From Anthoceros angustus (taxonomy: Eukaryota; Plantae; Anthocerotophyta), in the NCBI GenBank assembly GCA_010909165.1, contig VJWM01000221.1, positions 237,530-301,529 on the forward strand: a DNA stretch of 64,000 nucleotides. The letters are read 5' to 3'. The notes beneath the pieces are model-generated. The model did no database searches. It saw nothing but the letters and a program-made list of their open reading frames with translations, and had not been told where the DNA came from. Of this stretch, positions 33,994 to 46,200 are shown in pieces; the stretch's first letter is position 1; every line of letters starts with the position of its first letter. A program made the translations under genes and the position numbers.

Positions 33994-36519
33994 TTAGGGA
34001 CTTCCGTGGTTCGCTTCGGTCACCGTTACTTTGTGCATGCAGCTTATGGTTGAAGAGTTCGGCTGGAGACCTTCCTGCTGCATCTGATCGAACAGCCTGG
34101 CAGCTTCGTCCTGAAAGCCTTGCTGAGCGTACGCAGCTATCATGGCATTCCATGAAATTACACTGCGCCGAGGCATGTTTTCAAACTCCTGCCGAGCATC
34201 CCCGATTCTGCCACATTTGGCATACATGTCCAGCAGTGCTGTGCGGAGAACAACAGTCAGCTCCAAGCCACTTTTCAGCAGTTGAGAGTGCACTTGCCTG
34301 CCTTTGTCTAACGAGGCCACACTAGCACATGCTTTCAGGGTTGAAGAGTATGTAGCTGCATTCGGTCTGACATTCTCCTGCAACATCTGCTCGAAAAGCT
34401 TGATGGCTTCCTTGCCACAACCTTGCAAGGTGTATCCTGCTATCATTGAAGTCCACGAGACCACATCCCGGCTTGGCATTTCATCAAAAACCCGCTGGGC
34501 ATCTTCTATCTGCCTGCACTTTGCATACATGTCTATCAGAGCATTTCCTAGAGAAAGGTCAGACTGCAGCTTATTCTGGATTATATCGGCATGAACTCTC
34601 CTGCCCACTTGCAGAGATCCTGTGTCCGCACAAGCGTTGAGGACACTGGCCAAAATTCGTGCATTGGGTTTGATCCTTTCATCTTCCAGGTCCTCGTAGA
34701 GCTGAATGGCTTCCTTAGCTCGACCATGCTCAGTGTAGCCTGAAGTCATCGCATACCATGACAGCACATCCCGCTGGACCATGTTATCGAAAACCTGCCG
34801 GGCTTCGTTCAAGCTCCCACAACGTGAGTACATGTACAGAAGAGAGTTACCTATCAGCGGATAGCAATCTAGACCAAGTAGTCTGACTTTGTTGTGGATC
34901 TCCTTGCCAGCTTCCAGTGCTCGTACATCAGCACATGCTTTGAGAACACTGGCGAAGGTGTCTTCCTCCACCTCAACTGCATCCTGCTTCATCTGTTCAT
35001 AGAGCCGCAAGGCTTCCTTTGCCCGACCATGCTGAACACTTCCTGAAATCATGGCATTCCAAGACACTCTATCTTTGTGGGGCATTTGATTGAACACCTT
35101 TTGAGCGTCCTCTATGCTCCCACATTCGGTGTACATATCCATGAGGGCTGTTCCAACCATTAAATCCGACTCCAACCCAGCAACCTTCACATGAGAGTGC
35201 ACTTGTCTGCCTTCATCTAGAGCTGAAACACTTCCACAGGCTTTCAAAACACAGGCAAACGTTGTCTTATCTGGGTCAAAATTCTCTTGCTGCATAAGTT
35301 GGTACAGCTTGATGCCTTCCCACCCAAGCTTGTTCTTCCAACATCCATTTATCATTGCATTCCACGACACCACATCGCGTCTCGACATGCCTTCAAAAAC
35401 CTGCCGAGCATCCTCCATGCTTCCACACTTTGCATACATGTCCACCAGGGTGTTCTGCACAGCCAGATCACTGTCCAATCCAAGCTTGTTTACATCAGTA
35501 TGCACTCGCCTGCCTGTTGCTAATGCAGGGACACTCCCGCAGGCTTTCAAGATGCACACAAAAGTAACCTGATTCGGCCGCACCTTCTCCTCTTGCATCT
35601 GCTTGTACAGCTTGATGGCTTCCAACCCAAGATCGCGCGATGCATATCCTGATATGATAGCAGTCCAAGCCACCACATCTCGTTCTGACATGCTCTCAAA
35701 TGATTCACGAGCCTCAGTCATGCTGCCACACTTGGCATACATGTCAACCAAAGCACTCCCCACAAACAAGTTCGACTCCAAGCCATGCTCCACTATCTGG
35801 GAGTGAACTCGCCTGCCCTCCACAACGTCCCCTGAACCAGCACATGCCCTCAGGACGTAAACAAAAAGCACAGCATGTGGCTTCAAACCCTGTTTCATCA
35901 TCTTATCAAAAAGCTTCAATGCCTCTCGAAAGTTCCCTATATCGACATACCCTCTGATCAGCGAAGCCCACGAGTACGTGTTCTGTTTGTGCATCTTCCC
36001 GAACACATCCCTGGCCTCTCCCATCCTCCCAGAGCTCGCATACAGCCTGACCAGGTTCCCCCCAAGATAAAGGTCCGACTCCCACCCACATCTCACAATG
36101 TGCTGATGCACCTGTCTCCCTTCTGTCAATGCTTCCTTCTCAATGCAAGTTTGAAGCAGGGCGGCGTAGTTCTGCTTGCTTTCGAGAACATTGCCGTCCT
36201 GCTTGAACTCGACCCACAATGCCTCCCGTGCAATTGGATTATCTGCAAGCCATCAAAAACTCATGTTTGGGACCTCCGCACATGCAAGACATCAAAAACT
36301 GATGTTTGGGACCTCCACACATGCCAGCCATGAAGCTATCGACATTCTGATGCGACCCAAGCACTCACCAACATAGGTTTGAGATTTGCCAGCTCCTGCT
36401 GAGCCCCGCAAGCTGGAGAGAGGTGCATACCATAGTCTTCTAGGGGTCCGGGGACTGCATTGGATTTGCCTTCGCCATACTAGTACCAGTTGCCTGCCAA
36501 AAGGCCCATTAATCGTCAT
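33994..36519 (-). CDS. PLS-class PPR protein (PPR3) without E/DYW domains, 2 exons, ~799 aa
   Basis: Exon 1 (36519-36369) encodes an Arg-rich targeting-peptide-like sequence and ends at a GTGAGT donor. A CAG acceptor leads into exon 2 (36242-33994), in frame. Canonical-length P-L-S triplets end right after a P motif. Confidence 0.85.
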
Positions 36520-36855
36520 CTCCTTCTCCTTCCCTCCACCATTCGTGCAGCAAGCCGTGAATCCAGCCAACACTGAGCATCTGCTCAGCTTCGATTCCTT
36601 TGCGAAGCAGGAAGACCAACTGCTGTTCCTCCTCTCACGACCCTTCGTGCTCCGGCCTGCAATTGAATTAGGCGAGGACTGCAGTTTCACCAGCGATTTT
36701 CACCTCAAGAGACCCAGTCTTTTGGTCTCCACTAATGACTTCTAAGTCGTTTCAATGGAATGGCGTCCATACATATGTACACAGATGCACATGGCTGCAA
36801 TACCACCACCCCGCACACGAGCGCAAGGAAGTGAGATCGTCTTGAGGAAAATATT

Positions 36856-36903
36856 AACCCATATTGTCTATGAAAAGACTGTGTTCAAGCTTGGGGTATA
36901 TTA
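36856..36903 (+). promoter_or_regulatory. snRNA promoter: USE-like AACCCATATTG plus TATA box
   Basis: 8/11 match to the plant USE consensus RTCCCACATCG at about -70, and TATATTAA at about -30 from the U2 start. The spacing fits Pol II snRNA genes. Confidence 0.6.
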
Positions 36904-36927
36904 AGTGGACCGGGCCTTCAGTGAGGT

Positions 36928-37121
36928 ATACCTTTCTCGGCCTTTTGGCTAAGATCAAGTGTAGTATCTGTTCTTATCAGTTTAATATCTGATACGTGGA
37001 TCATCGATCCACATGATATTAATCTAATTTCTCTCTGGGGCGGGCCACACGGGTAGCTTGCTGCCTTGGCTCCGCGCGCGTCGCTCTGGTATTGCACTAT
37101 TTCCACTGCCTGGCGCACCCA
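36928..37121 (+). ncRNA. U2: U2 spliceosomal snRNA
   Basis: Begins ATACCTTTCTCGGCCTTTTGGCTAAGATCAAGTGTAGTATCTGTTCTTATCAGTTTAATATCTGATA, including the GUAGUA branch-recognition site. Stem III and the loop IV AUUGCAC are present; ~194 nt. Confidence 0.96.
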
Positions 37122-37389
37122 CCCCCTCACAAACAAAAACCAAAACGGATTGCCTTAGAATAGCCGCGGTAACGGCAAAGGATTCCGACATGGAGGGCCA
37201 CAGAAAAAGGTCATTCATGGCAATCCATATAAAATGAGAGCGGTGTATGCGGATACGTAGTACCGAAGGTCTGCCAGCAAAGGTCTACCTTGGAAAGTGA
37301 ACATTTTCAAAGCTGAGGTGGTGCAAATTGGTTGGTAGTCAAGAGGCTTGTTTAGGGAACTCCTGAAAGCTGAAAACAGAAACAGGGTT

Positions 37390-37925
37390 GGTTCTCCCGG
37401 AATCATGGATTGAGGTTCTCCCGGAATGATGGATTGAGGCAGTCATGCCCCTGGGATGCAAACTCGTAGTCATGAGGCTTGTGTAGGGAGCTCTTGAAAC
37501 TCGCTTCACGCCTGCCTATGAGATCCGACAAAAGGGCCCCATCCTGAAACGTGTCAACAACTGCTCCTTGAAACCACTAATCTCGCCATAGCCGAATTGA
37601 TGCTTTGTATTAGGGGCAACAGAGAATGGCAACCTACTCGCGATCTTATACAGTTGCTCCTTGAAACCACTAATCTCGCCATAGGGGCGACAGTGAAGGA
37701 TCCGCAGGAGCATGGCTACCTACTCGCGATCTTATTGAACGAGTGACTAAGCCCTAGCTCTCGTTTTTCCCAAAGCTCAAAACATCCCAGGATGTAATCC
37801 AATTCCGAGTCTCAATTTCCGGGTGTCCTTTACAAAAGAACTAAGCCCCAGCTCTTGTTTTTCCCAAAGTTCAAAACATCCAGGACGTAATCCAATTCGG
37901 AGTCTCAGTTTCCAGGTGTCCTTTA
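37390..37925. repeat. Cluster of short direct duplications (~25 bp x2, ~95-bp-spaced motif pair, ~93 bp x2)
   Basis: ggttctcccggaat(c/g)atggattga x2; ctccttgaaaccactaatctcgccatag x2; ctaagccc...gtgtccttta x2. Confidence 0.75.
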
Positions 37926-38001
37926 GAAAAATTGCAAAAACGAAATGGCAAGTCCTGCTCCATCCAAATATACGATACATTGTATATGCAATGGGAAGGT
38001 C

Positions 38002-38082
38002 ATGTTCAATCTACATCTAAATAGTCTAAGTGACTATTTCATAAGACAAGACACTCAGACTATTTAGATGTAGATTGGACAT
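38002..38082. other. Inverted repeat/hairpin with 31-bp arms (29/31 match) and a 19-nt loop
   Basis: ATGTTCAATCTACATCTAAATAGTCTAAGTG pairs with CACTCAGACTATTTAGATGTAGATTGGACAT. Confidence 0.85.
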
Positions 38083-40145
38083 AAATTCATATCCGTGCTT
38101 CTCCCCTCTTACTATGAGGTACTACTGCATACTCTGTAGTAAGTTCTAAACAAGAAAAAAGCATATAGTTCCATTGGGCAGTGGATCAAGCTTTTATTCC
38201 AAAGATCATAAGCTTAACATCGATTATAATGACTCTAATATTGAAGATTATTGAATATTTTGACTAGATCCTATTAGGTCTTCCCTTGACTTAAAGAGGT
38301 CACATTTTCTACAACTGAGTAAACATGCAAGGTTAGTAAATGGCTGTGGGTTCACACATACTCTTTTCATCTCATTGCCTGGCTCTGGCAATACACTTGG
38401 ACAAATGTAAATAGACGAAGGTGCAAGGATTGCCATGCAGATGTACGTCAAAGGTTCAAGCAACATATCGGAATAGCATCAACTGCAGCTAAACACTCTT
38501 CAATGTTCAATGTTGAAACGCCAACACTCTTGCATAGGGGAACAATGCTTCAATATAGATGCAAAGGGAGGGTGCTAGCTTTGATGCCAAGAGGATGGAT
38601 TGATGACCTAGCTTGATGGCCTAAACAATGGGCATAGGAACACAAGCTCTTGGCCTGCTCCTGTACGAATTGCCATTGAGTATAGAATAGAATACTGTTT
38701 TTATAGGATGGCCAAGGCATCCTCACACACCTGTAACTAATTGTAACTTCCTTCAAACCTTCGTCCACACTTCCCCATAGCAATCTCAGAATGCTCTTGG
38801 ATGCTCGACTCATATGCTCAGGCATTCATGGCTAGCTGAGACTAAAAAAAACAATTTAAGAAACCATGGACTAACATTCCTTATATAATATAAAATTTTT
38901 AAAATATTAAATTATTACCTCTTTTGTACTTAATATTTTATACTCTTTTTAAAAATAATTATATACCATTAATTATTGGATACTTAGTTTGGATGCTATG
39001 CATACATGTTTGGTACCTATTCCGTAAACTATACATGGTATGGTCTACCTAATTGGGAATATAAATGGGAACTCTCCCTTTTATGGGATATTGGACCTCG
39101 ACTGTCTTCAATGTGCCATAAGTACTCCTACCATATCTAAAAGGAGTGTGCCAATAAAGTTATTGTGGTGAAGATACAGTCCACCCCTTCTAATTGAGAC
39201 GGGTTCGGAGTGCCTTTAGAGGTCCCATTAAGGGAGGTGTCTCGATTACATTTTAATATTTAAAAATAATAAAATATTATAAAGTTAAAAATAAAAATAC
39301 CCAAAAAAAAAGAAAATTTGAATTTTGATTGATAAGTTTCACTAAAAATAACTTTTATCACTTCTCTATATAGTTGTTTGAAAGCTAGCACTCTCTCTAA
39401 GCAGCATAAAAAAACCTCTACCTATCATAAAGAAAAAAGCTTAGTTTAAAGAGTCTTCAATCACACCTAAAAGTCTATTGTGCTCTGAAATAATCGATTC
39501 TTTTTCAAAAAAAACTTTTTTAGTAAAAAAAATTAAAAATTCCATTTAGAGAGGTGAAACTAACATGAATGTATGTTTCAAAATATCCCAATTAGTATTT
39601 AGGAAAAAGTTCTATTTGTTACATTGTAAACTAAAGGGAGTAGGATGGGAGGTCCCATTTAGAGAGGAATCCCATTCCTGGAGTTCCCAATTAGGGGGGG
39701 GGCCGACTGTATTGAAGTTTTTGAAATTGTATCATGTTGTAGAGAAGCATGCTAATGATCATTGTAACCACACAACCAGGTCGGGAAGTATTTAGTAATT
39801 ATTTTGAATGAGATCTAAATTGTTTTTCTCATTTTTTAGATTTTTGAATATTTGATAGTAGGTAGGTATGTATATTAAAAAATTGTGAAAAATCTTATGG
39901 AGCGTGGAGCTGCTCTTATATGTTCCCGATTGTTACGGAGGGTAGACTGGCATACCTACCATGTCCTAGTGACAGACGAAGAGTTGAGAGGCAAGAATTT
40001 TGTGGGAGCTGCGGGAGCTCACCAATGGAAACTAGGGTTTGAGAAATAGCTTCGCTGTTTCTCAAAACACCTAGGTTACACTCCTCAGGTCTCTCAAAGC
40101 ACTACTGGTTAATCAGAGCAACCGGCTTGGAGAGACTCCGGAAAG

Positions 40146-41930
40146 ATGGAAACTCCGGGGGGCAAGCGCCACCATCGAGATGGCCAGAGTCACCGAAAGA
40201 AGAAGCGGAGGATTGATGTGAAGATGGAGTACGTTCAACCGTTAGGCGGGCGTACCGGGCCGTTTGTTGGCTACTTCCCCACGGGATTTGATCCAGCCAC
40301 GGCGACCATGGCCGAGGGGAGAGGAGAAGATGTGCCTCCATTAACAGAATTGGTTGCGTTTCAGAATAGCCAGAAGTTTAAGCAGCGGCAGCATCAGCTG
40401 GTTGCCAGGGCAAACGGGAGTGTAGATTTTGTGGGGACGAACTACACTGGTGAAGCTGCTATCTGGCATCCCTGCAGCTATGCACTTGGGGTGTTCAACA
40501 AGGATGAGGGGACGCTGAAGCTGGTGCCGATTGCTGGAGAAAAGGTTTGCTTTTTGTTTCTGCTTCTTTCAGAGGATGAATGCTTGAGGGAGTAGGGGAT
40601 ATGAATCTGGTTTGCAAAGTAATGGCCATCCGTTCAGGTGCAGGTGGCAAGTTTATGTCTAATTGCTTGTGGCATTAGGTTCTCAGAATGGAGCCAAGAG
40701 TGAAAGGCGTGCTGTATGGGCATACCGAAGCCGATGAAGTGAACGAGGCAGACATGACCCCTGAGATGAGGAAGCTTCAGATGGAAAGGTTGACACACAC
40801 TCTTGGCAGTCAGCGCTCAAAATTAAAGGTATGTTCTTCTGGTCTCAGCCCTTTCATCTGTAGAGAGCTAGCAGTTCGGTTCACTGTTGGTGGTCCTGTG
40901 TTTGAAATCTGACTATGGTGATCTTTTTTTGCATCGTGGTTTGCAGACTGAACGACGTGTCAGGGGCTTGATTAAGGAGTCGGCTTTAGGAGAGTTTACG
41001 GCTGAAATGGAGAACTTTATCCACTCTGCTGGACGGAATGCCGAGCTGGTCACCAGGGAGGAAGCATTGGCAAAGGCAAATGCAGAGATAGTTAGGAATA
41101 TCCCACCTCATAACCTTGCGGCCACATCTGTTGTGAACGCCTATCCTGTTGATGAGCTTATCTCTCTCGTGGAGTGGGATAGCTTGGAGACTAAAGAATT
41201 GAAGAAGGCTGCTGCAAAGCCTGCCAAAGAAGAAGTATTGCGGAGGCAAAACGACTATCCAAATTTTGTGCTCAACCGGCTTCGCCGTCTTCGCGTGCAG
41301 GTGTGTGGTTTTTGGCTTTTGCTTTGGTTCATTCAACTCTGTTCTGTTTGTATTGGAGAGGTTTTGGAAGTCTATCGGTCCTTCAGGTGCAGACCACTGA
41401 AGCTTTTGTGTCTGGGCATCCAGGGGGATGTTGACGGTAATGACAGACGCGCTCACCTCTTGGTGTACATCAAGCACCTTCTGTCTTTCTTTTCTGCACC
41501 CCGCCATCTTTTCAGCAGGAGGGGCGGACGAGGTGATTTGGGGGATGTGGAGGGGGCTCTGCGTATTCCCAGTGCTGTTGTAGCAAAGTTCTTCAAGCTC
41601 TTCACGGACACTGATGCTGTCAAGGGTGGTAGTACTCAGTCCAAGGAGCAAAAGAACCTACTGATCAGTTACATCCTTGTTCTTGGGTTAACCGTGGATG
41701 ACTTTGTCTCAGATCCGCATGATCTGGCTGTTGAGCTCAAAATGACCGTGAACCAGCTGAAGCCTTACTATGTGGAGTTGGGGTGCAAGATGGAACAGCA
41801 GAAGGCAGCTGATAGGGCAGGTGTACCTGTGGACCCGCATTCAGGACGAGGGAAGTTCAGGGTAACTTTGCCTATCCCGCTGAAATTCCCTTTGCTGACC
41901 CCAAAGATAAAGAGAGGCAGGGGGAGGTAG
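40146..41930 (+). CDS. RPA49: RNA polymerase I subunit A49/PAF53-like, 4 exons, ~469 aa
   Basis: Exons 40146-40544, 40679-40828, 40947-41300 and 41424-41930 join in frame. Motifs PFVGYFPTGFDP, VDFVGTNY, YALGVFNK, NIPPHNL.A...AYP and LISYILVL are present. Confidence 0.82.
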
Positions 41931-41969
41931 CAGACGTAATGAGCACGCGCCTGTCTCACGACATGTAAT

Positions 41970-42561
41970 GATATATCCCACAACGCCCTGGAGGGTGAGC
42001 TTTTGCTACAACGTAAGAGGTTGGACTTGGGCAGCAACTTGCTAAATGCCTGCCTGCCGCCTAGTCTCGGCAGCTTGAGTGACTTGGTCTGTCTGGACAT
42101 CCTAAGGAGCCGAGAGGTCTGAAGCTGGGTACTGCGCACCTCTGGAGTGAGCGAACTTGACAGGTATTCATGAGGGTTGAGGAACCTTTGAAAGATACCT
42201 TTGCACGCGGGCCAACTCGACCGAAGGCTGTCTACGCAGCCTCCGAGTTTTTCAAAGAAATTCGATTGGAGTATATGGCCCGACTCTGGAATGAGCACAG
42301 ACCGGTATACTCTGCTAAAACTGTGTGCAGTCACCAACAATGTGGTTGTGGGCCGACGAGTTTATGATCTCAGTATCCAACACACAAGTCACATTCCTTC
42401 GTGGGGAACCATGGCTTGCGGATGTATGCATGTGGACCAGAGTCGGTAAACCAGATGTCTTCACTTGGTTCTCCATCAACTCTGCGTCTGCGAATTTTGG
42501 GAAACCCAATGAGGCTGTAAAACTGTGCCATGAGGTGCGTAGCTCGGGTGTGTGCAAGTGA
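41970..42561 (+). pseudogene. Degenerate remnants: plant-type LRR (41970-42121) followed by a PPR motif (~42440-42560)
   Basis: DISHNALEGELL..LDLGSNLLNACLPPSLGSLSDLVCLDIL fits the LxxLDLSxNxLxGxIP consensus. DVFTWFSINSASANFGKPNEAVKLCHEVRSSGV fits a P motif. Stops interrupt both. Confidence 0.55.
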
Positions 42562-43251
42562 GGCGTGTGCACCAGGGCAGGTAGCTGCACTTGCAGATTG
42601 TGTGCAAGCAGTTGCTTACCGATTTGAAAGATGTATCACCTTCTCCGGACCAGCAGCTATGGGGCTGCTCTGCAACGGCAGCTTTGGAGGCTGCTCTACA
42701 ACGGCAGCTTTGGAGTCCTCTCTGCAACGGGAGTTTTGTGGCTTCTCTGGGAAAAGCAACTATCGGGGCTGCAGTTAGAATTTCAGAGTTAACCAATATG
42801 TCTGGAATCGGACAGGGTGTCCGCGGTGCTTGCAAGTTTTTATTCGTAAGTTTCGTTCTCGCTGGGCCGTTTTTTCATGGTCTGACGTTCTGCTTCTTCG
42901 TCGGCCTTCTGCTTCTGCTTGCCTTCCCGAGGCGCTGGTGTCTTACATCATGGCAGGCAGCTGCACTCAGAGTCATGCTTCCCTGAAAACCATGTACCAC
43001 ACCTTGCCCACAAAGCACAGGGCTCTGCTTCCCGTAGTGAGGAGCCATGGCCGACCGTTTTGACATCTGCGGTGGCTTATGTCTGCCCGCGATCAGTCTC
43101 CTGGCTGGGAAACCGCGCTTCCTCCTCCCTGCGGCTTTCGCTCACCAGGACCGGGAAGGCTACATTCGTCATGGGCTCCAAAATGTTACGAGCTCCCCAC
43201 CATCTCCTTCCAACACTCCGTCCTGCCTTCACCTGCTGAGAATCCACCGTA

Positions 43252-46200
43252 GTGCCACCCATAACATTGCTGTCGGGTCATCGGAACGCAAGAGTCCTCA
43301 GTGGACAGAGGAAGAGAAGCCGCTACCACTACGCAGTATATACAATGCTTTCTGTTGTTCCTGGTTATGAGACAGACCATGGGTGGCCGCTTATCATGAA
43401 GGGCAGCCTGGAGAATGCTAGCGGGACTTCACATTGGATGATAGGGGGTACGAAAAATGTTGTTGGGCCCATCAGAGCTGGCAGAGGGAGCGTTCTCAGT
43501 GATTTACATCAACAAGGGGAGGATTCTTGGGCTGTGCTAATCTCGGGGTATGCCAAGTCCGGGCAAGCTAGACAGGCTCTGGAAATCTACGAGGAAATGC
43601 GGCAAGATGGAGTTGAGGCAAAGCCACACACCCTTGTGGATTTGTTGAAGGCATGCACTAGCTTGCTGGACCTGAAACGTGTCAAGCGGATTCACGCAGA
43701 CGTGGTAAGAAGTGGTCTGGAGGCAGATTTGTATGTGTGCACGATGCTTGTAAATACTTATGCAAAATGTGGAAGTGTGGAGAACGCTAGGCGGGTGTTT
43801 GAGGAAATGCCCCATCGGGATGTGGTTTCCTGGAATGCCATGATAATGGGCTATTCCCAGATGGGGAAGAGTGAAGAGGCTTTGAAGCTGTATACAAGGA
43901 TGCAACAGGACGGTGTGGTCCCCACTGACAGAACATATGTTGGGGCACTAAAGGCTTGCAGTAACATAGCGGAATCGAGGGAGGAAAACGGTGGTGATGT
44001 GACAATTGTTAGAGAAAGATGCCTGGAGACTGTGAGGGCAATTCACGGTGCGGTTCAAAAGGGTAAGTTTGAATCGAATGTGTTTGTGGGGAACATGCTA
44101 GTGGATGCGTATTGCAAATGTGGGAGCCTTGAGGATGCTAAACTGGTGTTTGAAAGAATGCCTGCTCGTTCTGTCGTTTCCTGGACTGCGATGATTTTTG
44201 GGTATGCCCAGATGGAACAGGGTGAAGAGGCTTTGAAACTGTACAGACGGATGAGAGAGGAAGATGTGGTTCCCGACGACCGAGCATATGTCAGCGCACT
44301 CAAGGCTTGCAGTAGCATTGCCGAATTGTGGGAAAACAATGGCAATGATGGACTATTGAGAAGACAATGCCTGGAAACTGTAAGATCCATTCACACTGAT
44401 ATTCGGAGGGGGAAGTTAGAGTTGAATGTGTTTGTGGGGAACATGCTGGTAGATGCGTATGCAAAATGTGGGAGCTTGCAGGATGCAAGGCAGGTGTTTG
44501 AGAAGATGCCACATCGTGATGTGGTTTCATGGAACGCTCTGATCTTGGGGTACTCCCATACAGACGAGGCTGAGGAGGCTGAGGAGGCTTTGCAGTTGTA
44601 CACGCGCATGCGACAAGAAGGTGCTATTCCTAACAACCGGACGTATGTTGGTGCACTGAAAGCTTGCATTGTCATAGCAGGATCGGGAAATGGGGTTGTT
44701 AAAGAAAAATGCATGGAAACTTTGACAGCGATACACGCAGACCTTGGCAAGGAGAAGAGTGCACTAGACAAGTTCGTGGGGACAATGCTGGTGGATGCAT
44801 ATGCAAAATGTGGGAGTCTGGCCAATGCTAGGTGGGTATTTGATAAAATGCCTCACCGCGATGTAGTGGTGTGGACCGCCATGATTTTGGGATGTGCACA
44901 GATGGAGAAGGGTGAAGAGGCTTTACAGCTGTTTAATCAGATGCAAAAGGAAGCGGTGATCCCAAATGAGCGAACATATCTTGGTGCACTCATGGCTTGC
45001 AGTAGCATTGCAGAACGTGAGGATACCGATGGCACTGTCAGAACACTTGTTAAACAAAAGTGTTTAAGAACAGTGAAAGCCATCCATACAGATGTCGAGA
45101 GGGCGGGGTTTGAGTCGAACCGGTTCTTGGGGAACATGCTAGTGGATGCTTACTCCAAATGTGGGAGTCTGCAGGATGCCAGGCGAGTTTTTGAAAAAAT
45201 GCCTCAACGTGACGTGGTTTCATGGAATTCCATGATCCTGGGCTATGCCCAGATGGAGAAGGGTGAAGAGGCTTTGCACTTATTTACACAAATGAAACAG
45301 GAGGGCGTCATCCCAAACGACCGAACATACGTAGCTGCTCTCAACGCCTGCGGAAGTGTGGCAGGTCTGGAGAAGGGAAAGGAAATTCATGCCCAGATTT
45401 TAAAAGCTGGCTTGGACGCTGGCTCCTTCATGTCCAACAGTTTGATAGACATGTATGGCAAATGCTCTAGCATGGTGGATGCCCGGCAGTTGTTTGAACT
45501 GATGCCCGTCAAAGATATCGTGGCATGGAATTCCTTGATAGGTGGGTATGCCAGACAGGGAGAAAGTGAAGCTGTCTTCGAGCTGTTTGACAGGATGAGG
45601 CAGGAGGGTGTAGAGCCGAACGAGATCACGTTTGTGGGTGTCCTTATTGTATGCAGTCATGTGGGTCTAGTGGACAGGGGCCAGCAGTACTTCGAGGCTA
45701 TGAGCAAAGAATTCGGCCTCACTCCTACTATCCAACACTACAACTGCATGGTGGATCTGCTTGGCCGTGCAGGCCAGGTGTACAAAGCCATGGAGACAGT
45801 GATGATGATGCCTGTCCAATGTGACAGTGCAGTCTGGAAATGTGTCCTGGGAGCTTGTCAAAAATGGGCAAACGTCGAGCTTGGAAGGCAGGCATTCGAA
45901 TGTGCTACCAGGTTGAATGCAAGTGATGCTGCACCCTATCTTCTAATGTCAAACATATATGCTGCGGCTCACATGCCGGAGGAGGCAAGCAAGGTTCAGG
46001 CCATGAGAGTGAACTCACGAGCAAGGAAGGAACCCGGACGCAGTTGGTGGATGGATATGTGCGGAAATGCACACGTGTTCGTAGTCGGGGATCAAATCTC
46101 ATCAAACCAACCGAGACATGTATGCTCAGTCGGGACAACTTCTGTTGAGGTAGAGGAAGAAGAGATGCGAGTCGCAAAATTCTCTTCGTGTTATAGGAGA

